Origin: Eledone cirrhosa
Taxonomy: Eukaryota
Length of the DNA: 64,000 bases
Reading direction: 5' to 3'
Assembly: GCA_964016885.1 (NCBI GenBank)
Contig: OZ024747.1
Coordinates: 22,258,001-22,322,000, forward strand
Shown in pieces: positions 12,673 through 26,975 of this stretch. The notes below the pieces were generated by a model. That model ran no database searches, had not been told where the DNA came from, and saw nothing but the letters and a program-made list of their open reading frames with translations. Both the position numbers and the translations under genes were made by a program. Within the stretch, counting starts at the first letter, position 1. Each line of letters opens with the position of its first letter.

Positions 12673-13036
12673 GTAAGTTGAATTTAATTGTTAAAATTAA
12701 AACCAAAATCTCCTTTAACTTCTTTGTCTGAATGGCAGTCCTTAGTCAATTCTGTGCTCTAATATGGTAGCAACCAACTTTAGAGTACTTCTGCTTCTTT
12801 CATACAAAACCTGTTAATTGTGTGTGTGTGTATGTATACATGTGCATGAATGAATAGGTGCGTGTATTTATTTGTGTGTGTTGCGTACATATGTGTGTAT
12901 GTTTTGTGCTTGTGTGTGAATAGCTTTGTGTATGTATACATGTGTGTTTGTGTATGGATATGTATGTACCAATGTAGTTTTTCAGTGCTATGTAATACTA
13001 GTTCTGTTTAATATCTCTGTATATTTTTCAATGCAG

Positions 13037-13114
13037 AGAGGACTATCATCTGAAGAACAAGTACTTTATAATGAATGGCTGTCCAAGGTAGAGATTGCCT
13101 ATTCATTACTAACT
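13037..13114 (+). CDS. Exon: plakin domain
   Basis: cag|RGLSSEEQVLYNEWLSKVEIAYSLLT|gtaagt. Confidence 0.92.
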
Positions 13115-14003
13115 GTAAGTATTCTAAACAGTGTTTATATCATCATCATCATCATCATCAATCTGTTTTTCATGCTTACATGGATTGGACGGGTTATCAC
13201 AATCCAAGACTAGACAGGTTGTGCGGCGCATGTCTTGCTCATATGTTCCATTTTTGGCATGATTTCTACAGCTGGATGCCCTTCATAATGCCAATCACAT
13301 TACAGAATATACTTGGTGCATTTTAGCATGGCATCAACACTGCAAGTTTACAGAGTATGCCATGTGTATTCTATTATGGCACCAACACTAGAGTCGTCAT
13401 TGTGAATTCAGCAAAGCATAGAGAAGCAGTAACAGGAGAGTGTGGAGTGAGGTGAAATTATGATGAAAGAAGCCCTGGGGTGGGAACAATGTCAACTTCA
13501 TATTTATTGCTGAGAAAGAGAGCAAGGAGACAGGGATTTAGAGAGAACAAGAGCAGATGCTAATATAAGGTTGTGGACGTTAGATATGGCCTTGGAGAGA
13601 TTGAAAGTTTGACCACTCAGGCTGCAATGATGGTGGTTGTGGAAGGGGAAATACATCATACGATTAATGACAAAAGGGAGGTGTTAGATATATGTAGGAT
13701 TATGGAGATTCAGCAGGATACTGTGTATTAAGGCTGACCATTTGAGTTATAATTAAAGCTTATTTGATGGGCTTCTGAACAGTTTCCATCTACCCAATTT
13801 CACTATCAAGACAAGAGTTGGCTTGCGGCTGTGGTAGATGACACTTGCCCATGATGTCATGCAATTGAATTGAACCTGGGCTCTGATTATTGCAAAGCAA
13901 ACTCCTTAACCATACAGCCATATTGCATCTACCAACTCTATTACATTCTGTGTGTTATTTGTAAAATATTTTACTATCAGTATTGTAATTCTTTTGTCTT
14001 CAG

Positions 14004-14165
14004 AACACATCAAGCAGACGCATGAATTGTTTGGAAACTTTGTATGAATTCTTACAAGCAGCTTCTGCTGAAATGTTCTGGCTACGTAGCAAGGAAAATG
14101 AAACCATCAGCCGTGACTGGAGTAAACCAGAACACAATATTCCAGATAAAGATGACATTTTTCAG
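14004..14165 (+). CDS. Exon: plakin domain
   Basis: cag|NTSSRRMNCLETLYEFLQAASAEMFWLRSKENETISRDWSKPEHNIPDKDDIFQ|gtaccg; WLxxKExxxxxxDWS motif. Confidence 0.95.
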
Positions 14166-14279
14166 GTACCGAATCTATTTTTTTTTTTTTGTTAGTAATT
14201 GATATATATCACATGACTGACTTCTAACTATGATGAATAAAGCACCTTCTTTGGTTGTCAATTGATTTTAAAATATTTG

Positions 14280-14974
14280 TGTGTGTATAAATATATTTAT
14301 AATATATTTATATATATAATTATATATATATATATATGTATATATAAATATATTTATTATATATACATATATATATGTATATATAAATATATTTATTATA
14401 TATACATATATATATGTGTATATATATAAATATATTTATTATATATACATATATATATGTGTATATATATATATAAATATATTTATTATATATACATATA
14501 TATATGTGTATATATATAAATATATTTATTATATATACATATATATGTGTATATATATAAATATATTTATTATATATACATATATATATGTGTATATATA
14601 TAAATATATTTATTATATATACATATATATGTGTATATATATAAATATATTTATTATATATACATATATATATGTGTATATATATAAATATATTTATTAT
14701 ATATACATATATATATGTGTATATATATAAATATATTTATTATATATACATATATATATGTGTATATATATAAATATATTTATTATATATACATATATAT
14801 ATGTGTATATATATAAATATATTTATTATATATACATATATATATGTGTATATATATAAATATATTTATTATATATACATATATATATGTGTATATATAT
14901 ATATATATAAATATATTTATTATATATATATATATATATATGTGTAGATATATATTTATTATATATATATATAT

Positions 14975-15014
<40 letters not shown>

Positions 15015-15025
15015 CATATATACAT
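14280..15025. repeat. AT-rich compound minisatellite (~42-bp unit built on (TA)n)
   Basis: Repeating tatatacatatatatatgtgtatatatataaatatatttatta. Confidence 0.93.
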
Positions 15026-15121
15026 ATTGTATTCACCATTGTATTTCTCTCATTTTTGTGTTCTTATTTATTTCAAGGTATTTCCTTTCCTTTTCTTTTT
15101 TTTCTATGTAGCGTTGTATTG

Positions 15122-15153
<32 letters not shown>

Positions 15154-15761
15154 TTAACTTATTTTTCCTAATTTCTTAATCAGTTTGATTTTAGGCATTA
15201 GAGGTATCAATGTAAAACAGTGTGACTGTTTCCCTTTCTTGTCTAAAATTTATACCTATAATCTCTAATACCTTTTACATTAAAATATTAACTGTGAATT
15301 CATAGTTTTCTGTGTATGTTAGATATTTATCATTCTGTCTTTTCTCAAATAAGTAGTAGTATTTCTTTGATAGACAGCTTTCAAGTTTTCGAAACCAGAT
15401 AAATATTATTCATTTAGTCATTTAACATTTTAATTCATGTAATATATTCTTAGGAAAAGTTTAAGATAGTAGCTTGGATTTTCTTTCAGGATTTCTGGCC
15501 AAAAAGGAAGGTTTGTAGTAGATTAATATAAATTGCACTGTTAAACTAACATCTTGTTTAGACTTGTCTCTCTGTCATGTTTATTCAGTAATACTAATGG
15601 ATAGCAATGTTTTAGCACTTAATGTTAAATGCTGCTTAAAGATGAAATTAAAGAACAGCAGCAGCATCTGATAATTGATGTCATTTCTGGCTGTATATAT
15701 ATATATATATATGTATACATATATATATATATATATCATTTATGTTAGGTTGTTTACCAAT

Positions 15762-15812
<51 letters not shown>

Positions 15813-18800
15813 AAGGTTTTTTTTCCATTGGAAAATTCAAGAAGAAATTAATCTGCTTTTTTAGCTTATGACATCAACTAAAACTTTCACGCATTTTTAT
15901 TTTTACAAAGTTTCGGTCTCTAATGGAAATTTTCTTGGTTTCCTACATTTTGATTGCATTCAGTCATTTATTTATTTATTTATCAGTTTTTACCTTATTA
16001 ATTGCATTCATCATCAACTTTACTGTCTTGTAATAACTGTAATTATGGTTAGTTACATTCTATTTCTGGATGGTGTGATTGGACAGATGCATTTGCTAGT
16101 AAGTCTTATGAGATCCACCATTTTATTTTCTCTTCTCTTATATTTTATTTTGTAGTCAATGAGAGCGGTTGACAGGTTTAGAATAAATCAGTCAACATAG
16201 AATGTTTTCAATGAATGTAGCTATAAACCTTGAATGGCTGGCTTAATTGTCTTGGTAATCAAATCTATGAGCAAGTCAGAGCTAGCTAAGTTGAAAGCTT
16301 GAAGTTTATGATTTCGTCCTTGGCAGACACTCAACTCCTATTCGTTCTGCTCTACTAATTATTAATGTATATACCTAAGGTAGATGTAGTGTTTTTACTA
16401 GTTGAGTGATCTGTGTTAAATATTGCATAATTGAAATGTAGTTCATTAACTCTCTAAGTTCGCCTGAAATATCCTCATGAGCTACATAATAGAATTTAAT
16501 CACATATTACATGTAATATTATCAGAATTGTGCAAAATTTGTCAGCTCAACAACTCTTGTTAGAAGAGTTATTGGCCCTTAGGTAAAGAAAGTTGCTTTG
16601 CAATTAGCTTTGAGTTTGGTTCTAGTGCACGGCACCAAGCTTTGCAAGTGAAATTTAATAAATGAAAACTGCATAGGAAGCCTATTAAATGTACTGAACC
16701 TATTTTTGGCCGATAGACTTAACCTGTCACTTGGTTTAACACCATTACCTGGCCCATTAGGGGCCTTTACTGGAGTTTGCTCAGTTGCAAACATTAAAAC
16801 AAGATCTCCAATCAGGATAACTTGATAATACAATGCATAGCTTCCTATTGCATCAGCCTATGAGTTTGGTTCTCTGTCCTTTTACCATTCTTAAAGGCCT
16901 TGCAGAAAGACCTGGAGATCATGAAGGCTGCCCTTCCTCTTCTGGCTAAGCCACAAAAATAAATATTAAAAAATTTAACATTGCAAGATGGAATTTTAAA
17001 TCTTACATCATGATGATCATCATCAACATCATCGTTTTTATGTCTACTTCTCCTTGCTGGCATGAGTTGAACAGGATGTTTTGAGACAATATTTTACAAC
17101 CAGATGCCCTTCTCAATGCCAACCCCTCTTGTAATGTGTAGGGATATGGTAAACCTAATCTAAAAACTGGGATATACACGATTTTAGTTTAGTGGATTAT
17201 AACTTTAAATGGATTGTACAATACCCTTTATAGATACATCATAAAATAAACTTTAAAATTTAGGTAAGATTTATCTTACCACTTCTTACTGCATGATTTA
17301 ATTGTTTCTTTCTAACATTGGCACAAGGCCAACAATTTGAGCGAAAAGGAAAATTGATTGTATTGACCCCAGTGTTTGGCTGGTACATCATTCCATTGTC
17401 CTCAGCGGGATTTAAACTCAGAACTCAGAAGAGTAGGAATAAATACTGCAAAGTATTTTCCAACACTCTAATGATTCTACCAATCCATCGCTCTCTGCAT
17501 GATTTAATTAATGACTTACTAATGAGACCAGACTGCATATTATCATTAAAGACAAAGGACTAAACTATGTTCCTTAAAATTTCTAAGTCTATGTTGTTTT
17601 TATAATATCACTGAAATCATTTTGATAACTTAGTTTACAGAGTTAATGAAAATATCTATAAAACTATGAAGATTAAAATGAGTTTAATATGACAATGGTT
17701 TGGTTTTGATATTTTATTTATAATTTCATTTTTCATTATGACACTTTTATTGCTGTGAAAATATAACTAAGGTCATTCATTGCTTTAACTCGAACTTATA
17801 TCTAGCACAATTCAAAGCTATTCACGAACTTAAGCAAATGTCATCCATAAATCTACATTCAAGTCCAATCATCGGACCTGTACCTTACAAGGAAAAGTAA
17901 AAATCACACTCATCTTTCAAAACCATATCTGAACCCTTCCAATAAAACAACCTGCACCAATCACTGGTATGGGGTGATGGTCATCATCTGGCTGCAGCAG
18001 CCATATTGCGTAGTTTCTATAATAATCTATATATATTTTACTGCTGCCAACTGTAGTTGTTAGTGATTTGCTTTGGTTTCAAGTGCATTCATTTTCATTA
18101 TTTATTATCCATACATTAGTAAAATGAAGCTTAAGCCTTGGTTGATGGTGCTATAATTTATATATTGGTCACATTAATGGCTGATAAAGCAAGTTTTTGT
18201 TTTTTTTTCAGCATTGGTTTCTAATTATTTTTTATTATTATTTGAGCCCCTAATATTCCACTTAGGTGATGATTTTTTATAGTCAAAAGTAATGTCATTT
18301 GTTTCAGACACAAATCTATTTTATGTAAGAAGGAAAGTAGTTAGTTTATGTAGTTAGTTCTTAAATTTTACAGATCTTGTGTTTATTCTGTCATGATTTA
18401 CATTCAACAGAGGGCCTCTCTCATGATAACAATCAAAGTTGTAGGCTCTAATCTAAGCTAAGACCCCTAAACAATCTTTGATATATGTATGTATGGACTC
18501 ATAAGTCCTGATGGAATCACAGGGTTGCTGCTGTGACATACAGCATGTCATGGGATTCCTCTCCAGCGCTGAATACTGCCAATTTGTTTCAGATAAAGGG
18601 AAACAGAATGAGAAAGAGATATAGAGAATGAACCCAGTACTGAATTGGTACTTTAGTTATTGACATTGAAAAGATAAAAAGCAAAAGTGACCTCTTCTGG
18701 ATTTGAACATGCAGGGAGCTGAAACAAATACCATGAAGTATTCTACCTGACATTGTAACAACTCTGTCAATGTACTGCCTAATCTTTCATTTAGTTTCAT

Positions 18801-19640
18801 GTAAATAAACAAAAGATTTAATCCATCATAAGCTTTCATGTTTCAGTTTACATTTTTGACAACTTGAAATGTTAAAATCAGCTGACTATGGTTTTTGGCT
18901 GAAAACATGATGCTTTGTTAATTTCAATTGCTTAATCAAGAAAAGCAAAAGGAAAGGATAAAAGCAAAGAATCTCTATTAGAGTAAAGTGAAACATAGAC
19001 CAAGTCAGTGTGACTCATTATCTTCTGTCAATTTAATTTGAGACTTTTGTGTACTTATTCAATTTTAAAGAGTTTATTTTCAACCTTCAACTATCTTCAA
19101 TTTACACTTCAAGATGGTGATAATTCCTACATAAGCTATTACAGATTATTACAGCTTTGTTGTCTATAACCATATAGTGAACTGTCTGTATAGTAAATAT
19201 CAGTAAGTCTTGATTTCAGTCCATCTTACAGGGCCTGAACCAGTAATTCCAGTATTAAAATTTTATTGAAGCCTCCTTAATTTTTTTCTGTTTTGAGGTC
19301 TTTGAAACTTATACAATAAACACCAACAGTTGAATTTATTGACTAAAACAATATGGATAATTAACACTGGTGTTTTGTTGCTCAACTGACTGCTTCCATG
19401 TTTGAATGTTGCCTGATCTTATCATAAATATCAGTGTCACTTTAATTTGATATATATTGCCAGTTGTTGAAAGTTTCTTCAAACTAATATAAAAAGATTT
19501 ATCTTTGAAAAGCATTTTTATTTAATTTTTCTATTCTTTGTTTTTTATATTTGGTTTTGATTTATATTTGAAATTAATCACATTTTAAATTTTAATTATA
19601 CAGCACAAATTTTGAAGCAAAACATAAATTCTACATTACA

Positions 19641-19643
<3 letters not shown>

Positions 19644-19710
<67 letters not shown>
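19644..19710. repeat. (TG)n microsatellite
   Basis: Pure TG run. Confidence 0.97.
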
Positions 19711-19712
<2 letters not shown>

Positions 19713-20258
19713 CACTGTGATATGTCATAAGGCCAGTGGCACAACCTTACCAAGTTTACTTAAACTCCACCACACAGGTCCAAGCAACAGCAGCTGCTAC
19801 CAGGACCCTGTTATGAGTCAGATCAGATAAAAACAATAGCAGTATCACATTTGCCTTGTACTGCTTAACCAAAGCTGGCAAAAGGTGCTGAGAACATTGG
19901 TTTGGGAATTTTAACATACTTTCTGCTGTACCATTCGCATTTATAGGGCCAGATTGTCACCTACAAGTGAATCACATGAGTCTGATTTCAAATGGCTGCT
20001 AGTCAAAATAGTTCCACATCTCCTATGGTTAAGATGGCTGTACACACACTAAAGCTGATACCAAGTTTGGAAAAATATGTGTGTGTGTGGAGATTATTTC
20101 TTCATGATTATAAATGAGAAAGTATTAACCAGAGCCAAATTTAACTAAGTTCACAAAATCTGTGATAATCTTTATATCTATATTGTGTACATTTTAACAA
20201 AAATTTGATTGAATTTTGAGCTTGTTGTTTATTTTTGCTTAAATTTGCTTTACAGCAG

Positions 20259-20363
20259 GGCCTTCTCAATGATTTGGCATCACGGGAAGCTCAGTTCAAT
20301 GTTGTACAAGATAAAGGAGAATCTCTTGTGCGGAATCGACACCCAGCTGCGAAAACCATTGAG
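20259..20363 (+). CDS. Exon: plakin domain (NAGNAG acceptor, alternative start 20256)
   Basis: tacagcag|GLLNDLASREAQFNVVQDKGESLVRNRHPAAKTIE|gtaaat; HPA motif. Confidence 0.94.
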
Positions 20364-21581
20364 GTAAATATTTCTAGTAAACAACAAAGTTGTAAAAGAC
20401 TGGTTATACTAATGTATGTGTAATGGCTGTTACTATACAGTACAGCTTTTATATAATAATATTAACCTCTCATTGCTTCACTTTGGTGAACTAGAGGTCT
20501 CAGTTGGTGCTACTTCAGTTTGGTGCTAATCATGATGGCTGAAACAAACAAAAAAAATTAAAGTACTTAACCTTTCTGATATCAACACACCCAATATGAG
20601 CTCTATTTCTATGAAACAAAACCACCTATTTTAAAGGTTTCTATTTAAATTTAAGTCTTTCAGTGTCATTTTATATATGAACCTTTTTAAGTTATGTTAC
20701 AAATACCAACTTAATAATGAAATAATTAAATTAATAATCCTTCCAAATTGTTCATGAATTAAAATATATGTTTTGGGGGAGAGTGAAGACCATGTATAGT
20801 TAGTGCAGTCATATGAGGGTCAGCTGAAAAGGAAAAAGGCTGACCAAAATATTCTCATGTAATGACCATGTGAGTTTTACTTTTCAACACAATCCCCGGA
20901 GAGAAACAATGCAGTTATTAATAAAAGAAAAAATAGTTGAAATGAATGCATACAAGATTTCACAGTTCTAGCACCACTACTTCATCATCAGCTTATGAAC
21001 TTTTCAGCCTACCCTAGTATGATTAAGATTTTCACTTTGCAAATACATGATTTCAGGTATGATCCCACTATGCGATACCTTGTGCAAATATCTTCTAATA
21101 TAGCCCCGTGTTAATCAATACCTTGTGAGTGAATTTGGTAAATGTATGTAAGCCTGTCATTACAATCTTCATAAGTTTTGTGAAATATTAGTGCTGCTGC
21201 CATTGTAAAATGTATCCAATACATTCTGTAAAGTGGTTGGTGTTAATATCCAGAAAACAGAGATACTGTTTCAGTTACTAACTTGTAGATTTAAAGCAGC
21301 ATAAATATTGATAACCTTTATATATTATTGATGATTTTAATGTAACATAACTTTACATTAGATTAAAATGAATTTTCTTCTCTACATAACCTTCAACTAT
21401 CATGCATCTTAGAACTAAGATATATCAACGAATTCAGACAATTCTTGTGAGCTTCTGTGAAAATTTTCATTTATTAAATTTAGACAATTCTCATTAGGTT
21501 CTGTGAGACATTTTGTTCATTTTTTTCTCTTATTAGTTTCTCCTTTCATAAAATTGTCTCTTTTTATTTTTCATTATATAG

Positions 21582-21677
21582 GCATCCATGACCTCATTAC
21601 ACACATACTGGAGTTGGTTAATCCAACTGACATCCTGCCAGCAAACTATGATTGACAATACAAACCAATATCAAAAG
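21582..21677 (+). CDS. Exon: plakin domain
   Basis: atag|ASMTSLHTYWSWLIQLTSCQQTMIDNTNQYQK|gtaagt; WSWLxQL motif. Confidence 0.95.
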
Positions 21678-22338
21678 GTAAGTTATTTTTTCTTGAACCT
21701 ACTGGATATATTAATCCTCTTGATACCAACTTGCCCAAAAATGCTTCTGCTTCTGTGAAACAAACAGCCCATTTTAAAAGGCTCCTACTTAAATTAAAAA
21801 CTTTCCAACATAATTTTATAAAGAACATTTTGTTGTGTTACAAATACCATTTTAATGAAATTATAATTTTAGTGTATGAATTCTAGTGATTATATAGCTA
21901 ATATAGATCTATGGATGACAATGAAAAGAGACTAGAATCAGGAAAAATTAGTAATGTACTGTTTCAGGCAAAAAATAATTTTTAAAAATGCCAATAAAAT
22001 TTATAAAATAGTGAACTGTGAGAAATGAATTTAGTTCACAAACTCACAGACTCTACAACTTGTACTACCATTATATTGTATCAATAACTTGCTTCAATCT
22101 TTACAAATAAAATTAAACACTACTCCCACTTCATTGAAATGTATCTGACATTTTTCAAACTAATTCATTTGGAAATATTTCAAACTAATTCATTTGGAAA
22201 TATTTCAATTGTTTCACTAGGAAGAATTACTGATTTTTAAAACTATTATACTATACTTTATTTATATAATCAATTCACTTTGAAGTGTGAAGATTATATT
22301 TCTGATAGTATTGATATTAAATAATTTCTTCTTTTCAG

Positions 22339-22461
22339 TTTTATAATGAAGCTGATGAATGTAAAAACTGGATATCTCAACAGACATCCTTACTGAACAG
22401 TCGCTTTCCTCAAGATAATCTTGGTGTGGAACCAACAGAGCAATTCCTTAAAGAACTTCAG
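22339..22461 (+). CDS. Exon: plakin domain
   Basis: cag|FYNEADECKNWISQQTSLLNSRFPQDNLGVEPTEQFLKELQ|gttctc. Confidence 0.92.
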
Positions 22462-23242
22462 GTTCTCTATTTCTTATTTTTTCATTTAAATAAAGAATTG
22501 TGAATATTTATGCTTTAAAAATTGGGCAATATTTGTAATTTTGTATGATGATAATAATAGCATATATATTGAAATGTTATATATATATATATATATATAA
22601 TATAATAATAATAATAATAATAATGAAATTATTGTGTACAGTGCTCAGGTGCACTACAACTCATCAAAGGTGCATGCATAGTACATAGAATAATGTACAA
22701 ATGTCAGGAAAATGAACATATATACATACACATTTACTTTTATAGAGAGTCACTATGCCTTAGGTTGTTGTTTTTTTAGGAAGGTGGGTGGAGATAAACT
22801 TATGGCTGTCCCAGGTAGTACATAGTCTAGCTATGCCACTGAAAGGTGCATTCTTTAACCTTTTGAACATCTCTAAGGACACCTCTGAGACTCAGTGGAC
22901 TCCTCCTAAAACTAATTGACATGACCATCAAACCTGGTATGGTTTTGTGTGGTTAAGAATTTTGTTTCACAGTCATGTAGTTCTGGGTTCTGTCCTACAT
23001 GGCATCTTGACCTAGTGACGCCTACCATGGACTCTGGTTGGCTCAAACTTTGTGAGCCAAAGTAAGTAAACTGAAATTGTGTGGGACCTGACAGTTTAAC
23101 ACCACAATGAACAACTAGTCTCTGAGTGCCACTTCACTGCAGGTATTCACAGCAGATCTCCAGTCTGAGGGTAGCTCAATATATTAATGTGCAGCTTCTC
23201 ACTACTACAGTAACCCATGAGAAATGGTTTCTATCTTCAGTC

Positions 23243-23460
23243 TTAAAACCCTTTAGCATTTAAACCAGCTGTCTCTGGCCAGGATTCTCTCACCTCCTTC
23301 TGTTCAAACCGGCTGTAACCAGCTACTCTTACTGAGGTTAAGGTATTGTTCTCAAAATAAATAATATCAAAATCTCATAGATATGATAGTATGTGAGATA
23401 AAACTTTTACTCTGAAAATACAATAGTAAATATAGAGTAATGTAAATGCTAAAGGGTTAA
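23243..23460. mobile_element. piggyBac-type MITE, family A
   Basis: CCCTTTAGCATTTA...TAAATGCTAAAGGG-TTAA; left TTAA altered. Confidence 0.82.
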
Positions 23461-23841
23461 AGGTCTTGCAATGGTCATAGGGGCTCCCTTTCCTCCTCAG
23501 ACTAAGCCATAAAATACAGAGATACCAATGAAGAGTAGTGCTAATACCTATTTACTGGTAAAATGACCTTAGAAACAGTCATCACCTTGTAAGAGGTACG
23601 TAACATTACCAAAAAGCAGAACAGCTAGTAAAAGCAGTTGTGACTAAAATACTAAAATTACATTGAAAGATGAAAAAATATATATTAAAAAAATTTGCAC
23701 ATAAACTAAAAATGACTATTTTAACATAGTTTAACAATATTAGTGAAATGTCCACAGTTTATGTATATTATTATTGTTTTATTTATCATATTTATTTATT
23801 TGTTTTTATAATTAATTGTTGTTGTTTTTTACCCCTCTCAG

Positions 23842-23988
23842 GAAATGCACAAAATGCTTGATAGCTGTGAACTAAAAGTGGATTCTTTACTTGAAGAGAG
23901 CCACCATATTGTCCCACTAAGATCTCGATGCTTAAAAAATCTGCATTCCAAAAAAGTCAGAGCACTCTGCAATATTCAACAATCTATG
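23842..23988 (+). CDS. Exon: plakin domain, entry into SH3
   Basis: cag|EMHKMLDSCELKVDSLLEESHHIVPLRSRCLKNLHSKKVRALCNIQQSM|gtaact; IVPLxxR and VRALC motifs. Confidence 0.94.
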
Positions 23989-24114
23989 GTAACTTCCTTG
24001 TTTATTTTATATTTGTTACTTGAAATTATAATCACTAAAAATATATGTAAAACCTCACTAAAATATGTATTTCAATTCCAAAATTATTTTTAAAAATTAT
24101 ATTCTATATTTCAG

Positions 24115-24177
24115 CATTCAACTCAGAAAGGAGATATGTGTGTCTTACTTGACAGCAGTGATGTGACAAGATGGAAG
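24115..24177 (+). CDS. Exon: SH3 domain
   Basis: tcag|HSTQKGDMCVLLDSSDVTRWK|gtaggg. Confidence 0.93.
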
Positions 24178-24649
24178 GTAGGGAAAACCTGTGAACACTA
24201 ATATATGTGTGTGTGTGTGTTTGTAAAAGAGTCCTCAGTGCACATAATGTTTATTATTCATTTACTGGAAGCAGCAGCTTCGGTCTGTCATACTTAAGCA
24301 TGAAACTCAAAATAACAACAGCGAAATTTCAGCTCCCCATAAATGAACAATATATTTTTCATATAGCTCTTTTATCTATTGCATGTTATACTGTTCATCA
24401 GTCCGTCCTGAAACTGTCCCAATAGCATATCTATTTTTCTGTAAGAAGAGGTTGCTCAACTATTCCTGTTTCTGGTGGAAAGGATTCTATGAGTGGTGTC
24501 CCACAGCCCATCCCATGCCACACTTTTGCTAATTCAGAGAGACATTGATTCAAGTATTATTTAATTATCCCAGATATCTATAAACAAAGTTGGCTTGAGT
24601 TGAATTTAAACTCAGAGCACAGCTGAAACAATATATAATTGTATATTTT

Positions 24650-25055
24650 ATCTCCGACCTTACCCATTACACCTCTCAAAGGCGATGACACACGACCGTG
24701 ACCTCTGGCGTCACGCAGTAATACAGAGTACCCGACCTCCCATGGGTACAAGCTGAAGTATATAGACAATATGCCCCCACACCCTCCCACTGCAAGGTGG
24801 TCGTGGAGGTGCCACGGCAAAAAAGCACCCAGCCCACACTGTAAAGTGGACGTGTAGGCGCCACGAAAAAGCACCCAGCACTCACTGTAAATGAGGTTGG
24901 TGTTAGGAAGGGCATCCAGCTGTAGAAATCAAGCCAAATCAGTTCCTGTATGAGCAAGGCATGGTCAGCCGACCAGACACTGCCCACAACAGGACAACCC
25001 GTCTAACCCATGCTAGCGTGGAAGAACGGATGTAAAACGGTGATGATGATGATGA
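24650..25055 (+). mobile_element. Retroposon family 2 (ttaggaagggcatccagctgtagaaa domain, (gat)n tail)
   Basis: Similar along its length to 53190-53698; ends in cggatgtaaaacgg(tga)n. Confidence 0.75.
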
Positions 25056-25379
25056 TCTCCTCGTAAACATCACTTAAATTATAATATAATTGATTATTTT
25101 TAATTAAATGTTACATGTTTCATTCAATGTCATCATCATCCTTTTACGCCCTCTTTCCATGCTGCATGGGTTGGATTGGTTATGTTCCTACACCAAATGA
25201 ATCTTCCTTGTTACATTCCATGTTTGTCATGGTTTCTATGGATGGATGTCCTTTCTAATGTGAACCACCTTATATGGTGTATTTGGTGTAGTCTTCTTGA
25301 TACCATCACGTGTTTTTTCTTCTTTTCTTTCTCTTGTATTTGATTAACTTCAGTTTATTTCTTTTTTTATTCAATGTAG

Positions 25380-25471
25380 GTTCAGACAAACAAAGGAGTT
25401 ATTTCTCTACTACCATCCATTTGTTTCATGCTCCCACCACCAGATGAAGATGCAGTTTTGTTTGCTAAAAG
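25380..25471 (+). CDS. Exon: end of SH3
   Basis: tag|VQTNKGVISLLPSICFMLPPPDEDAVLFAK(R)|gttggc; PSxCFxxPPP motif. Confidence 0.94.
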
Positions 25472-25650
25472 GTTGGCATTTAAATTTATTCATTTGATAT
25501 AACCTATTTGTTTGTTTGTTTGAATATTATTATATTTTTGAAGCCATTACATAATTGCATAGGATTATTGGCTTGTATTATCAGATTGAATATATAGAGA
25601 GACTGTTAGTAGATTCCATTTTAATTATTTTAATTATATTTTAATTCTAG

Positions 25651-25765
25651 ATTAAAAGATGACATCCTTAACCTACGTCAACTTTGGAAAGCATCAAACA
25701 TCAAATTCAGGAAAAATATGGTACTTGCAACTATGCAAGCAGTTCAAAAATGGAACCAGAAAACA
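25651..25765 (+). CDS. Exon: plakin domain
   Basis: ctag|LKDDILNLRQLWKASNIKFRKNMVLATMQAVQKWNQKT|gtatgc. Confidence 0.92.
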
Positions 25766-26178
25766 GTATGCATTTTCTATCTGGAAGATTGATTACTTTC
25801 TTATTCCTTTTTTTTCTTTTATTATTTTTATTTCATGAATATGAATATTCCCAGTTAAAAAAAGTCAGCTTTTAATTTTCTAAGACTCTCATAAATATAT
25901 TTACTTGCCAACAGCTCAGTTTATATCTCATCATCTTAGCTGTGTTATTATTCTTTCTCCTACAAGTTTCAGTCATTGGACTGCAACTATACTAGAGCAC
26001 TAACTTCAAAGGTTTCGGTTGATTACATTGAGCCCAGTACTTTGGTGCTTCTTTCATTGTGCTTCTAAGATACAGAATGCAAAATGGACAATAGTGTAAT
26101 GAGGAGATATCTTAATCAAAATTTTATATTTTTTTCTTTAAATGAAGCAGTTCCTACATTTAATTTTTTTTCTTTCAG

Positions 26179-26353
26179 TTTTCTGGTCTTGAACCCAGCC
26201 AAAGAGAAGCCATTTGGAAAGCTCTCAATGATGATATGAATGTCTTATTAACTGAAGCTCCACCAGGAAGTCAAGATATTTCTGCACTACAACAAGAAAT
26301 GGCTCGATGCCAGGAGCATTACCAAAAATTGTCCACTCAATCTACCAAAGCAG
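26179..26353 (+). CDS. Exon: plakin domain
   Basis: cag|FSGLEPSQREAIWKALNDDMNVLLTEAPPGSQDISALQQEMARCQEHYQKLSTQSTKA|gttaaa. Confidence 0.92.
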
Positions 26354-26975
26354 GTTAAATATTCTTATTCAAATTAAATATGTAACATGCCTTTTTATTT
26401 ATTTATTTATTCAAGAACCTTAATACAATGCCTCAGTTATAAATATGCAAAAAAAAAAAATTATGTAGTGATCTTTTACAGTTTATGTGTAAGGAGTATG
26501 TTTAATGTAAAAATGGCAATTTCCATTACACAAACATTGTTAATGTTCCTGTTTGAAATAGAGGGAACGACAATTTAGGGCAAAGTATTCAATACATGAA
26601 GTAGAGTGCATATATATTTTATTTATATTAATGACGTTCACAGGACTATTGCAAAAGAAAAAGAAGAAATATATATTTTAATCAAGGAAGGAGGGGCAAT
26701 GCCCATGGTCTGAGTAGATTCTTTCAGAATGATTAAAGTGTTATGAAAAGGCATTAGAGAGGTTCACCTAATAGACTGTGACCCTTTCTGTGTCTGGTTT
26801 ATAGCAGTTCAAAATGAGACGAGCTCTTAGACTAGGTGCCTTCACTATAGCTGTAGGAGCCATGCCTTCTGTGATAAGGTTCTAATATATGATAGAAGAG
26901 AAAGAGAGTAGATATATATGTCATTACCTAAAACTGTGTAACACAAGATTGTATTTTGGTTTTTTTTCTGAACAG

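Noticed and set aside
14416-15122. Tyr/Ile-rich ORFs here and at 53979 and 55462-55831
   Set aside because: Translations of (TA)n-type repeats
16156-16175. Possible microexon after a strong polypyrimidine tract (tgtag|tcaatgagagcggttgacag|gtttag)
   Set aside because: 20 nt would shift the frame, the donor is weak, and the flanking exons join cleanly
24578-24987. Recurrent peptide FYSWMPFLTPT... in several short ORFs
   Set aside because: Translation of a non-coding retroposon domain present in many copies
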